64,000 bases of DNA from Tubulanus polymorphus (Eukaryota > Animalia > Nemertea): positions 24,718,299 to 24,782,298 of the forward strand of contig NC_134025.1 of NCBI RefSeq assembly GCF_964204645.1, read 5' to 3'. Within the stretch, counting starts at the first letter, position 1. Every line of letters begins with the position of its first letter. Below, piece by piece: positions 27,098 to 39,600 of the stretch. The position numbers were made by a program, and so were the translations under genes. Below the pieces are notes generated by a model, which was not told where the DNA came from, did no database searches, and saw nothing but the letters and a program-made list of their open reading frames with translations.

Positions 27098-30085
27098 TTA
27101 CCAGTTATCCAAGAAATCGAATCCCGACTTGATGGTGTCTGATTTGATGTTTGCTCTCTGAAAATCAAAGCAAATAGAGCAACAATCACTTTCAATGATC
27201 TATAAATGTGAGAAATGACAAGCATTTGCATGACAATAGGATACACAATATACAGTAAAATGAATCAGTCAGAATACCAGTACTGACAATCAGTTCAGAA
27301 AAGGTTGAAAAGTTCATGTAATAAATGAATATTTACTCGCGCAACATATGATAAAGACAACCATGAACCTTTTGTCGCATTTTCTGAGTGATTGTGAGAA
27401 TTCTTACATGAACGAGCATTTATTCTATCAATATCTTGAGACAATACTTCAAACAAATTCTGCCAAAAAATTGTATGTATAATACGAGACTTACCGCATT
27501 TTTCTTGCGTAGGAAATCATCTTCGATATCTAGGGAATCATCGGAAGTAAGATGAACACTTTCTTCTCCTTGGTTGTTGTACCTCTTTGTTGTTACCTTG
27601 CGGTTGTCTTTATTATGCGGCTTCAGAGCTGGCGACTTATGCAACAATGCTGTTGTGGATGAATCACTTTCAACACTGGCTCGACGATCTTTCCTCATTG
27701 GAACTGGACAGTAGACGTCATCATCACGATTACCATTCGCCCTTCCGCAGTAATTCTCGTAAATAGAATCACCACCAACTTCCAATACGTCGTAAAGAGG
27801 CTCGCTGTCGATCATGGAGGCACGATCATTACCCGGGGCATTCATGTATGGGTTTCCAACATCCATAGCATTCATATACGGACCACTGCCCTCATTCATA
27901 TAAGGATTCCCACTGTCGTACAAAACATATGTGGGATCAGGGATATCTTCGATGGGATTTGAAGCTCGTTCATATAACATGTACGTTGGTTCTGTGCTCA
28001 CCGCATCTGGTTCATTGCCTCTAGCATCATACAGCGCGTAAGCCGGTTCTGCAGAATAATCTTGTTCATGAAGTGCATACGGTGGTTCTTCCGTATTGTT
28101 TGCATACGCTGGCTCTTTTTCTTTGAGTACATTGTATGCTGGTTCATTTTTCGATGACATTTTTTGCAGAATGCTCGAAACAGAAACAGGCCGGGAATCT
28201 TTATTGGTTTTTGTCTCACTGACTAGTTCGTTGTACTGTGGTTCGGTCTTACTTTTTCGCACAGCTGCAGTAGGTCGTGCCGCGATCTTCTCATCCAGAA
28301 CTTTATAAGGAGTATTTTCTCTCATAGCGTGTGTCAAATGTGTTGTAAATTTTTCGATTTTTTCATCAAGAACATTATAGGGGGGCTCAACTCTGGATTG
28401 ATTTCTAATTGGCTCTGCAGGTTTTCCTTCCAAAACATTATAAGGTGGATCTGGTTGTTTGCTCAGGCTTTTTGTGTTTTCTAATACATTGTAGGGTGGC
28501 TCCTTTCCAGGTCGATGTAATGATTGAGTCTTTTTTGAAGAAAACCTTTCTTCTTCAAGAACATTGTACGGAGGCTCTGGTTTCTTCCGGCGGAGGGACT
28601 GAGTAACATTCGAAGGAGGCACTTCCTCCAACTCATTATAAGCAGGTTCCGGTCTTTGGGATTGACTTACAGTTGTTGAGCTTTGCTCATCTAATTCATT
28701 ATAAGCAGGCTCAGTTTTATTCAAGTTGATTTTCCGGGGAGCAGCAACTGGGGCACACATGTTTACTTCTTCATCAAGTTCATTGTAAGGAGGATCAGTA
28801 TTGCCATCATCGAGCTCATTATAACGTGGTTCAGCACTATAGTTATCATCATGTTCATCATATGGAGGCTCAACATTCTCTTCTAATTCATTATAAGGCG
28901 GATCAGCATTTTCGTTTTTATATCTCGGTTCTTCTGCTTGAGCTTTTTCCACTTCTTCTTCCTTTTCTAGAGGATAATTGGCTTCGTCAAGATACTGAGG
29001 TTCATCTTCATATTTTGGTTCAAGGAGAGATGGTGGTGGAATCTTTGCATACATGTGTTCAGCATTTGGATCCTCAATATCAGGAAGTTTCAAACTATCA
29101 GCATCTGATTCACCCAAAGCGATGCTCATTTTGAAGTTTGCGAATAACTGTTCGGCTTCTTCAGTGATTGACTTAGCACGACTGAGCACTTTTGATTTTC
29201 GAGATCTTTTACGAGAGCCGTAGTCCGACTCTTTCGAGTTTTCATCAGCGTCTATGAGAGCTGCGCTATCATCCAGGTCTTCCAATGGCAACGAAAAATC
29301 ATAGTCATCTCCACGATCGAGAGCGAGGAAAGGTGAATCCCAGATACTTTTTTCCGGTTTCCAAGGAAAGTCAATTGTTTTATTGCCATCATTCGATGAA
29401 TCTGAATGGCGCTTTGGTTTCTTCGGTCGTTCAATCGTCCTTATTCTTTGGTTTGTTTCTTCTTCACTTTCGAAAAGTGGCATATCTAGTTGACTCTGCA
29501 ACAACGAGAACATACTCAATCAAAATTTTGAATTCATAGCTAACTAACAGAAAACCACAAGTTTCATAAAGAAAGTCCAAATCGACTCATAAATATAACG
29601 AAAAATTTCTTTAAGCGCACCTTTGTTTCCCAACAAAACGGTCCAGAGTGTTCATCCGTCCATGTCCAGCCCTGTTGAAATGAAAGATATGTTGAGCATG
29701 AATTCCTATATAGAACTATCGTATCAAAGTCATTATCTACAAAAATCAGTTTGAATCACTTTACCCGTTTAGCTTAAAAGGCTAATATTAGTTAGTCTAT
29801 GCATACCCCGTCGTTTTCGAAATCTACGATAATCTTTTCACCACTTCCGAGTTTGAGTTTCGGGAAAGGGTTTGTCATTTCTGGTTCGGGTATATCCGCG
29901 TATTGTTGAGCAACTAGTGGATCAATGAGATAGCTATCGATAACATCATCTCTTTCTTGTGGGGTCATCTCTTTCCAGTCATCACCGTACATGCGTTCGA
30001 TTATTTCTTGCTCATCCATAATTCTTTTAGCTATTGGATTAATTGATGAGAAATACTCATGAGCTAGATTCTCCACCAAAGCCAT
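27098..30085 (-). CDS. C1orf198: C1orf198 (DUF4706) homolog, about 796 aa, with a long Tyr-motif insert; 4 exons
   Basis: Exons 30085-29807, 29671-29621, 29495-27495, 27157-27098. The N-terminus YFSSINPIAKRIM...FPKLKLGSGEKII...WTDEHSGPFCWETKSQ and the C-terminus KSGFDFLDNW* match the conserved ends of C1orf198. Confidence 0.9.
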
Positions 30086-30149
30086 CTTCGTTTGTCGAAA
30101 GGCGGTGATTCCAAGCTGTCAAAAATTATTTTTGTTTTCACTTCAGGTA

Positions 30150-30195
30150 TATTTACTTCCGCATTCACTGAGTCACGCCGGAAGATGGCGTTTCA
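30150..30195. promoter_or_regulatory. Housekeeping-type promoter of the C1orf198 homolog
   Basis: ETS (ACTTCCG 30155; CCGGAAG 30178), AP-1 (TGAGTCA 30169) and YY1 (AAGATGGCG 30182) motifs within about 110 bp of the ATG. Confidence 0.5.
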
Positions 30196-30224
30196 GCATG
30201 TGCTTCCTAAACCACGGATATATC

Positions 30225-30275
30225 AAGGAATGCTCCGACAAAACGGGTTAAAGGAATGCTCCGACACAACGGGTT
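30225..30275. repeat. 26-bp tandem duplication
   Basis: AAGGAATGCTCCGACAAAACGGGTTA followed by AAGGAATGCTCCGACACAACGGGTT. Confidence 0.85.
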
Positions 30276-30485
30276 GTAACACCGCGATTCAGATTATTCC
30301 ACCGCATCTTGTCCGTCTATGTGTGAGCTTCCAACTAATCCGACCCATCCACCCGTGGCGTAGCGTTACAATCAACCCTCGAAACATCCGATGCCCCGTC
30401 ATGGCCGTAGGGACTGAGTCGTGGGCAGTCTCTCAGTCCATCTACTCAGTCTGCTCGCGGGCAGATCATGATGCATTACTAGCCG

Positions 30486-30560
30486 GCCCAGTTATCAAGG
30501 AAGTATCATAAAATGAAAGTTGCACTCTATTTCACTATAAAACTTCCTTGACAACTGGGC
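30486..30560. mobile_element. Tiny TIR element (Harbinger-MITE-like)
   Basis: GCCCAGTTATCAAGGAAGT ... ACTTCCTTGACAACTGGGC (18/19 complementary); termini resemble the 22501 MITE. Confidence 0.6.
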
Positions 30561-31062
30561 ACTTGTTACCATAAGCCACCCGGTCACCAAACACCAAAAA
30601 CATGTCTCCGCGGGGCGCGGACTAATAAACCCATGACTAATTATGGATTAGTCTGGACTATGAATTGTAATAGTAGTCTGCCTTACCACGACGTTCCACC
30701 CGACTGATATGCATTCAAATTCACTGAGATTAACTAAACCTTTGAATACCCACCGCGTGACCAGTGAATCGTTTAAGATAGTAAACATTTCTTAGTATTC
30801 CCGATTATAAAGATTAGAGAAGCCGTGTTCACCGGGTGTATAAATCAACGAGACGAGTTGTACTGTATAGGTTAACTATATGCAATTTGACGCACGAACT
30901 CTCGCTACTAATGTATAGTAGCTTCAAATGAGCCGATTGTGTAATGATGACAAATCCGCCCGGTGACACGAATTCAACAATTACAACAAAAAAAAATATG
31001 GGGCATGTTTGTTTTTGACCCGTTTCTACGCAGCCTGGGCGTTGTAACTGACATATTTCATC

Positions 31063-31178
31063 CACAGGGGCTTGTCACAATTTGATAATGAATGCATGAT
31101 ACCAGTATCCAAAAATCTTTTTTTATATAGGGATACTGGTATCATCCATTCATTATCAAATTGTGACAAGCCCCTGTG
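31063..31178. mobile_element. Palindromic hairpin element (48-bp arms, 20-nt loop), MITE-like
   Basis: CACAGGGGCTTGTCACAATTTGATAATGAATGCATGATACCAGTATCC ... GGATACTGGTATCATCCATTCATTATCAAATTGTGACAAGCCCCTGTG, one mismatch. Confidence 0.8.
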
Positions 31179-31793
31179 ATTTCATCCCGCGTGAACGCCG
31201 CTTTATGTCCTGTCGTCAATTTTCGTTCGTGATCGTTGTGAAATTGTCTGTTGTGAATGCTGTATAGAAAAAAAATCAACTGATCAAAATGAACACCAAA
31301 ACCCTTACTGTTTGTTATCACTTGTATTTTGTATTGTTCGCATTCATTTTTCATTTGGTTGTTACATTTTTACATTATTGATATTGTGAAAAAGTGTAAC
31401 AAGAAAATTTAGGCTACACGGAGAGATAACAAGGATCTATCCGAGCCGTGCTACCCCAAAAAACAAAATCAAACCAATCACTCTTACACATGCACACTAG
31501 ATGCAACATGCTGTAAACTAGTGTGCAACGATTAAAGGTGAAAACTCTAAGAAATTGACACGAAAAAAAAACACTCATTTGTGCACTAAGAAATTGATTT
31601 GTTTGATTAGGATTTTTAGTTGACATTTAGTTGTAACGAAGTGACCGTCGCCAAGTGACCTATTGACCAATTAAAGCCCGTGTCACTACCAATCCGAGTA
31701 AACGAAATCCCATAAGAGGGCTTCTGATTGGATATAAGTTGCTAGAAAATTATATTTATAGGGAGATTTTCCCATTTGCTGAATTGAGACAAC

Positions 31794-34700
31794 ATGGGTT
31801 CAATAAGTATAGCAACAATATTGTTGATCTGCTGTGTCGGATTGAGTGCTGGTAAGTTTAGTTAATGATTTACTAATTATGTATTGTTTTGAAAAGACTT
31901 GTATGAATATATCTATAACACTTTCATGTCAATTTAGGATTTTGGGGGAGAAAAAGACCTCGTTATCCACCGGGTAAGTAATTATGTTTGTTCATAGTTT
32001 ACATTGGTCCGACCATCGACATCGCACGACTGACTTCATCTAATTTCAGCTCCATCGATTGCGGGTTATCAAAGACGAAATGGTGACTGCTATGGTCATG
32101 ATATCGGTCGTGTAACTAGGATTAAGGATTTGAATACATGTAAATCAACATGCGACAATAATCCGAATTGTAAAGGTTTTGTCTCCACGAAATCGACACC
32201 GTATCAATGTTGGTACAAAAATGTAAATTGTAAAACATTGAGACGTTCCTCGAACCGGCTAACGTATGATAAGACGCGTAAGTCCCTTCGTGTGTGCTTT
32301 TCTCAATGCTATGTATTCTCAATTTACAAATACGTTTCCGCAGGATAACTTGTGATATTCTTTTGTTGAATATATTCTGAATAGTTTCACCAGAATGTGG
32401 TAGTGCTCCTAGTTGTCCAGAAAATTCTTACTGCGATCATTCGTTGCAAGAATGTGTATGTAAACGTGGTTTTGCTATGAGTTCAGATGGTGAATCCTGT
32501 GAGCGTGAGTATCATATATAGTCTACATCCTTTTTTCTTGCCAATATGTACAAGTTATACTTATCAGCTGTATTCATTCATTAATTTAGCTGCATGTTCC
32601 TGTCGAGGTTCTGGCGATCCTCACTACAAAACATACGATGGCATAAAGATTGACTTCTACGGCATTTGTAAGTATACATTGACCAAATCGATTGACGACT
32701 CCGGTCCGTGTGCATTCAATGTGGAAGTAAAAAATGAAAGACGTGGTTGGAACAAACGTGTATCGTATACAAGACTGGTCGATGTAAAATTCGCTGGGAA
32801 AAGATTCAGACTCCATCAGCGTAGCAATTTATTTGTAAGTCGCATACAATTGAATACTTTCAAACTTTTCGAATCCCTTGATTTATCAGAATATCCACCT
32901 CATTATATTCACTAGGTTGATAAATCCACTACGGCTACCGCATTGCCATATACATACAAAGACGCCTCAATTATTAGAGAAGGTCGAAAGATTGTTTTCT
33001 TGGCAGAGAAATGTGGTATACGAGTATCTTTCGACGGAAGAAGTTCGGTTGAAGTAGAAGTACCCCGAAAATATTCAAACAAAATGAATGGTATGCAAAT
33101 TATATCAGATTCTATAAAATGTTCCATTTTCTAAATATCTATGGCACGAATCGATCGCCAGGAGATCGCACTGCTGCATCATTTAAGTACAATTTAATAT
33201 TAATCCCTACTGCCATGAACCGTTACGTGAAGTCAAGATTATGACAAAATATTCCAACTCGGATTCAAAGCGATATATATCCATCTGATTTCTTGTTTGA
33301 AAATATTTTCCAGGTTTATGCGGAAACTGCAATGGAAATAGAAACGATGATTTGACTACTTTAGAAGGAGACAATGTTGCTGGAAAACGAAATGCGCAAA
33401 GTCTTGTTGGTGTTAGTTAATCTGTTCCCGATGATTCGGACATGCCATCACCTAAGTATTAGAATTTGCAATCACAACCGTACGTATATCTGATCGTTTT
33501 ATTACTAATTGATAATATTTTCGTAATTTTTAGTTGTAAAGCCGTCCCACCTATCGATGTGGAAATCAAATGTGATGCTGACAGGCTTCGCGACATAGAT
33601 TCGCCGCACGTTTGCGGTTATTTTAAGCACGGACCGTTCGCCGAGTGTATCAGATCTGGAAAGGTAAACACGCATTGATTATTATTTCTCTGAACACTTC
33701 ACAAACATAATCGACGGATTTCGATTCAGTTTTATTTTTCATTTCGTATACTCTTTAACTCTGGACAGGTTGATTCGAAATCTATGTATGAAAGCTGTAG
33801 AACTGATGTTTGCGCTTATTCTAAGGACCAGGAAAGAAAAATGGCCTGTGGTATGTTGGCTGAATTCGCCGATCAATGTATAAAGCATGGATTTTACCCG
33901 AACTGGAGAAAGGATGATTTCTGCCGTAAGTCCCGAGCAAACCAGCCGACGCAAGCTACTACAAACAAGCGCTTTAAATTCATTATAGTATTTGTTTATC
34001 TCAAACAGCTCTTTGGTGTCCAGCAAATTCCGAATATAATCACAAGATGAAAGCTTGCCAAAATAACTGTAAAGATAAAAATGCAGAAAGTAATTGTCAA
34101 GCACCAGATATCGAAGGTTGTGTCTGCAAACGAGGATTCATTTTGGCAGGTCCATCTGGAGACCGTTGCATTCGAGAATCAGATTGTGGAGGTAGTTTTT
34201 AAGTTTTCGCTCAGTTTTCAGAAATAATTATGGAAATAAGCTAGCAACGTTTTCATTAATATATGGATTTAAATGGCTTTATATTTTGTAGAACCCGCTC
34301 CGCCCGCCCCTACACAAACAGTCCTAACTTTGCCATCGTCAGATAATTGCGTTGACACTTTACCAGGTGATTTTTGTAAAACCTTGAAAACGAAAGGCAA
34401 ATGTAAGGAAAGACATACCTTAAGTTTGTGTGGAAAAACCTGCCGAGAAGATTGCCAGGAAAAGAATGACTGCAAGAATAAAATCGCGCACAAATTCTGC
34501 ACGTTTTTGGAGAAGATCGGGCAGTGTGATGATATAAAGATAAAAACACATTGCCCGCAGAATTGTGATCCCAGTTGTAGAAAGAAGAATCCAGACAACA
34601 AAGAAACGAGTAGCGCATTACCGTGCAAAGATAATCTGCCCCGTGATGCATGTGCTGGAATGAAACAACTTTGTGAAAATTCTGTCGTCTCCGCCATGTG

Positions 34701-35335
34701 CCACAAGACCTGTCAACCGCACTGTGTCTGCGACAACGCTTTGCCAGAGAATGTATGCAAGAAGCTGCATAAGATGGGCGCGTGTGCTCACACCATCGCG
34801 TCAGCGTCTTGTCGGAGATCATGTGACCCGGCTTGTAAAAAGCCAAATACCACTCCACCAGACGTGCCGCTCAATATCAAAACGTGCGAAGACAACCTGC
34901 CATTTGGTATGTGCGCCAACATGGAAAAAGACAAATTATGCGAAAACGTAATCGTCAATAGACTTTGCCAGAAATCGTGCAAACCCGAATGCAAAACATC
35001 ACGTAAGCTCGTTTTACTTTTTGTAGATCACATTTTGTAATTAGATTTAATCGTTCCTTGGAAATAATTGTTTATTTCAATGTTCTCGTTGCAGTAGTTT
35101 CAAAGCCATCCCCACATGACTATTGTAAGAATGTGTTGTCTGAACCAGTTTGTATGATGCTTGGAAACGACTGCCACAGACCTTGTATTCGTGCTTTGTG
35201 TGGCACAACATGCGGATTATGCAATGGTTAGAATATTGTAGATTTAGAGCTCCACGAAAGTATCTAATCTTAAACCTTATTATCCACTTGGTCACCATAA
35301 TATGCTATTTCTTTGCAGGATGTGATAGTGAATGA
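31794..35335 (+). pseudogene. Paralog A: secreted PAN-like/EGF/VWD/C8/TIL/6xShKT protein (FCGBP/zonadhesin-like) with an in-frame premature stop
   Basis: Signal peptide exon 31794-31851 (MGSISIATILLICCVGLSA), PAN-like CKSTCDNNPNCKGF..CWYK, EGF, VWD (CSCRGSGDPHYKTYDG...GLCGNCNG), C8 (YESCRTDVC), TIL, five ShKT in the exon at about 34292-35002, one more at about 35095-35226, and last exon GCDSE*. TAA at 33418-33420 where paralog B has TAT. Confidence 0.8.
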
Positions 35336-36629
35336 AATTTAGGAAAATTCGCAGGAAAAAACTTCAAATGATTATTCTAACTCGATCATCCAACCGCCAC
35401 TTTGCCACCAGTTCCATATTTGTGGATTAATTACGACACTTTCGGTCTAAGAAAGTAGGAAATCAGTTTATTTCAATGATCTTAATCGACAAACTCGGAA
35501 CTGGAACAAATAAGTCGTGTGTGTACGATCTCCTTTGAAATTATATGTAGTATAAAATGTGGTTATGTACCCGTGTCAAAGGCCGACTTGAAATATATAA
35601 TATTGTGTTGTCATCACTAATGAAACTATTACGTTGGTCTGCAAAACGGGTGTCTTTAAATTTTGAGATGATAGAAAATATGTCAATCCAACCGGTGATC
35701 TTTGCTCACTATTGTGCAATAATGTAATAACAAAAAAAAACACAATCACTCTTTAAAACAATTGATCTTTTCTACTACATGTATACTCAAAACAGTCCAA
35801 TTATATATTAACATTTATTAACCGGTTTTGAATTATTGTTATGATTAATAGGAAGTTAAGTAGTGTTCTAGATTATTGAATGAAATAAAATCATGCTTGA
35901 AGTATGGAATGTAGCTCTGGTCACTTTATTTATTGATGGAACTCGTCCGTTCTTTCCACCTCGGACAAGTAGATTTGCAGCTTAATTCAAAGATGGACCC
36001 ATACCGATGGCTCTATCTCGAGGCATGGATACTCTAACATAGAGTAACATTAATTAAAAACAGTCAAAACCAACATTTGTCGATAATCGATCTACCATTT
36101 TGAAAGTTATTTGATCGAAGAAATTTCAACCACATAGTGAAGATATCGGCGAAGTTTTTAAGATATCAATGGAATAGTAACTTGAATGACATGTTAATGA
36201 CTTCATGAATGTCAATATTTGAAATAATAAGGAATAAATACGAAGATTTTCTACTATTGCATTGAAGGATTATTTTAAACCGATCTTCTCGCCGAGAAAA
36301 TCAATGGTGGTTTAGATTATTTATTGGTAGTTCATAGGACCCAGATGATCTGCTTTAAGCTATTGTTGCCAACTTGTCAACGGTGCAACACCATATAATG
36401 CTATTATTTCTGAAGTGCTTTTGGTTGAGACTTTGGCCAACATTCAAAGGCTTATATATGGCTGCACCAAGTGAGATGCATTATCCTGGCCGACCAATAA
36501 AATCATGTGTTACTTACAAAATGCATTGGACGCACCAGTGAAAGAAGGCTCTTGATTGGATTTTTGCTGATATTTAAAGAGAATTTGCGAGAATTTCGCA
36601 CTTAACGAAGCAAGTGGGAATGCATTAAC

Positions 36630-39600
36630 ATGGGTACACGTGTTGCAATATTGTTCCTTAGCTGTGTTGGGTTGAGTGCTGGTAAGTTCAAATATCATTT
36701 CAATTACTGGCTAATATTTCCACATATCTTAAATGCTTTCAACACATCTCGCTTTAAATTTTAGGGTTTCTGTTCAAATTTGGTGGGCGGAATCGTAACC
36801 CTCCTGGTAAGTAATTCTTATTTGAAATTTATCGTGTCTACATATTGACGCTATTGATATTTCATCAATGTTAATGTCCATGACTTTTCACTTCAGCTCC
36901 ATCGATTGAGGGTTATAGAAGACGAAATGGTGACTGCTTTGGTCATGACATCAAACACGTAACCAGGATTACTAATTTGAATACATGTAAATCGACATGC
37001 GACCGGATGCCGAACTGTAAAGGTTTCGTCTCAACGAAATCAACTCCGTATCAATGTTGGTACAAAAATACAAATTGTCTGATTTTGAACAATCTATTTG
37101 CGGGGAAAAATAGATTAACCTACGACAAAACTGTTTCCCCACGTAAGTTAATTTTATCTGAATTGTTATCGAATTATAAATATTTAGTACACTTAAGTAT
37201 TTTCCAAACTTTTATCATATTGTATTATTTCAGGTTGCGGTAGTGCTCCTAGGTGTCCAACAAATGCTTATTGCGATCGTTCACTCAAACAATGTGTATG
37301 CCGACGAGGTTTTACTTTGAGTTCAGATGGAAAATCCTGCCAACGTGAGTCTTGTCGACTTATCTACTACGCGTATCGTGAATATTTTGCCATTATTCAG
37401 AACTGGCTAACCAGTCATGTTATCTTATCATTTAGCTGCATGTTCCTGCCAAGGTTCCGGCGACCCCCATTACCGAACGTACGATGGTATCATGATCAAC
37501 TTCTACGGCATTTGTAAATACACGTTGACCAAATCGATTGACGACTCCGGACCGTGTGCATTCAACGTTGAAGTTAAGAACGAGAGACGAGGTTGGAACA
37601 GACGTGTATCGTACACAAGACTCGTTGATGTAAAATTCGGCGGGAAAAGATTCAGACTCCATCAGCGTAGCAATTTATTTGTAAGTTATTAAATGCGTAC
37701 TGAATCGAAAATTCTCTGCATACTTTATTTGAAATCGAAACATAAATGATTTCCGATATTGGCTTTAATCCTAGGTTGATAAATCCACTACGGCTACCGC
37801 ATTGCCATATAAATTCAAAGACGCCTCGATTATTAGAGAAGGACGAAAGATTGTTTTCTTGGCAGAAAAATGTGGTATACGAGTATCATTCGACGGAAGG
37901 AGTTCGGTTGAGGTAGAAGTACCCCGAAAATATTCGAATAAGATGATCGGTAAGATTATTTGGAATTCACAACGCCAGTTATGCTTAAGTTCATTCATAA
38001 CCTAGTGTGAAATGTTCTTTCAGGTTTATGCGGGAACTGCAATGGAAATAGGAACGATGATTTAACCACATTGGAGGGACGAAACGTCGCAGGAAGACGA
38101 AATGCACAAAGTCTTGTTGGTGTCAGTTATTCTGTTCCCGACGATTCGGACAAGCCAGCAGCCAAGTAAAAAATAGATTCTCAAAACTAAGCACGTTTCT
38201 TGAATGTTTTTTAGTGTTTTATAATATTATGGTTTATTTTCCCGTAGTTGTAAAGCTGTTCCACCTATCGATGTAGAAATCAAGTGCGATGCTGCCAGGC
38301 TCAGAGATATCGATAAGCCATTTGTTTGTGGATACTTTAAGAAAGGGCCCTTCGCCAAATGTATTAAATCTGGAAAGGTCATTAAATAGACTAGCTAGAT
38401 TATTTCCTTAATTGGAATCGAAAAACGTCGATGAAAATACTTTCTCTTTAACCAGGTTGACTCGAAATCTATGTATGAAAGCTGTAGAACTGATGTTTGC
38501 GCTTATCCTAAAAACCAGGAAAGAAAAATGGCTTGCGACATGCTGACAGAATTTGCCGATCAATGCATAAAGGTTGGATTTTATCCGAACTGGAGAACGC
38601 GAAATTTTTGTCGTAAGTCCTTGGAAGATCTGCTATCACAAATGATACAAATCCTCAAGATTCCATATAATGTTTTTATTTTTCCATAAAACAGCTCTTT
38701 GGTGCCCTACAAATTCTGCATATCGGCATAAAATGAAGGCTTGCCAGAATAATTGTAAAGATAACAATGCAGAAAGCAAATGTCAAGCACAAGATATCGA
38801 AGGTTGTGCCTGCAAACAAGGATTTATCTTGGCAGGTCCATCTGGAGATCGTTGTATTAGAAAATCCGATTGTAGAAGTAAGTTTTTTCGAATATTCCGT
38901 GGTTAATCTGCAAATCTGGGAAAATATCTGCAGATGAATGATATTCTTTCAATTTACCTTCTTAGAGCCACCGCCTCCACCTCCAACTCAACCAGCTCCG
39001 CCGCCACCACGTATGTAGCAATCTTCAACTATTTTATGATAGCCATCAAAACTTATTTGTTTGAATTTCATTTGATTTATATTCATTTTCATCCGAAGCA
39101 TGTGGTAGAAAATGTCCGCTTCAGTCATACTGTGATAGATCATCCAAAGAATGCCAATGCAAACGGGGATTTAGCTTCAATTCAGATAGGACTGCATGTG
39201 AACGTAAGAAATACATTCAACATACTAAAGGGTGAAATTTTTGGTATAATCATTCTTAATACATTTTCACCTTTCCATTCTAGCTGCCTGTGTTTGCCGA
39301 GGTTCTGGTGATCCTCACTACAGAACCTACGATGGTATTATGATCAACTTCTACGGTATTTGTAAATACACGTTGACCAAGTCGATTGATGAAGACACTG
39401 CATGTGCGTTCAAAGTGGAAGTTAAAAATGAAAGACGAGGTCGGAATAGACGCGTATCTTATACAAGACTTGTTGATGTTAAATTCGGTGGAAAACGATT
39501 CAGACTTCATCAGCATAGCAATTTATTTGTATGTACATAAAAAGCGTATGTTGGAAATATTCTTTGATTTATATGATTAATAAATTGTATAACGTTTTGT

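Noticed and set aside
27420-27494. C-terminus of the 699-aa ORF (VSLVLYIQFF...)
   Set aside because: Intron read-through after GCG|gtaagt; the true end is exon 27157-27098 (GFDFLDNW).
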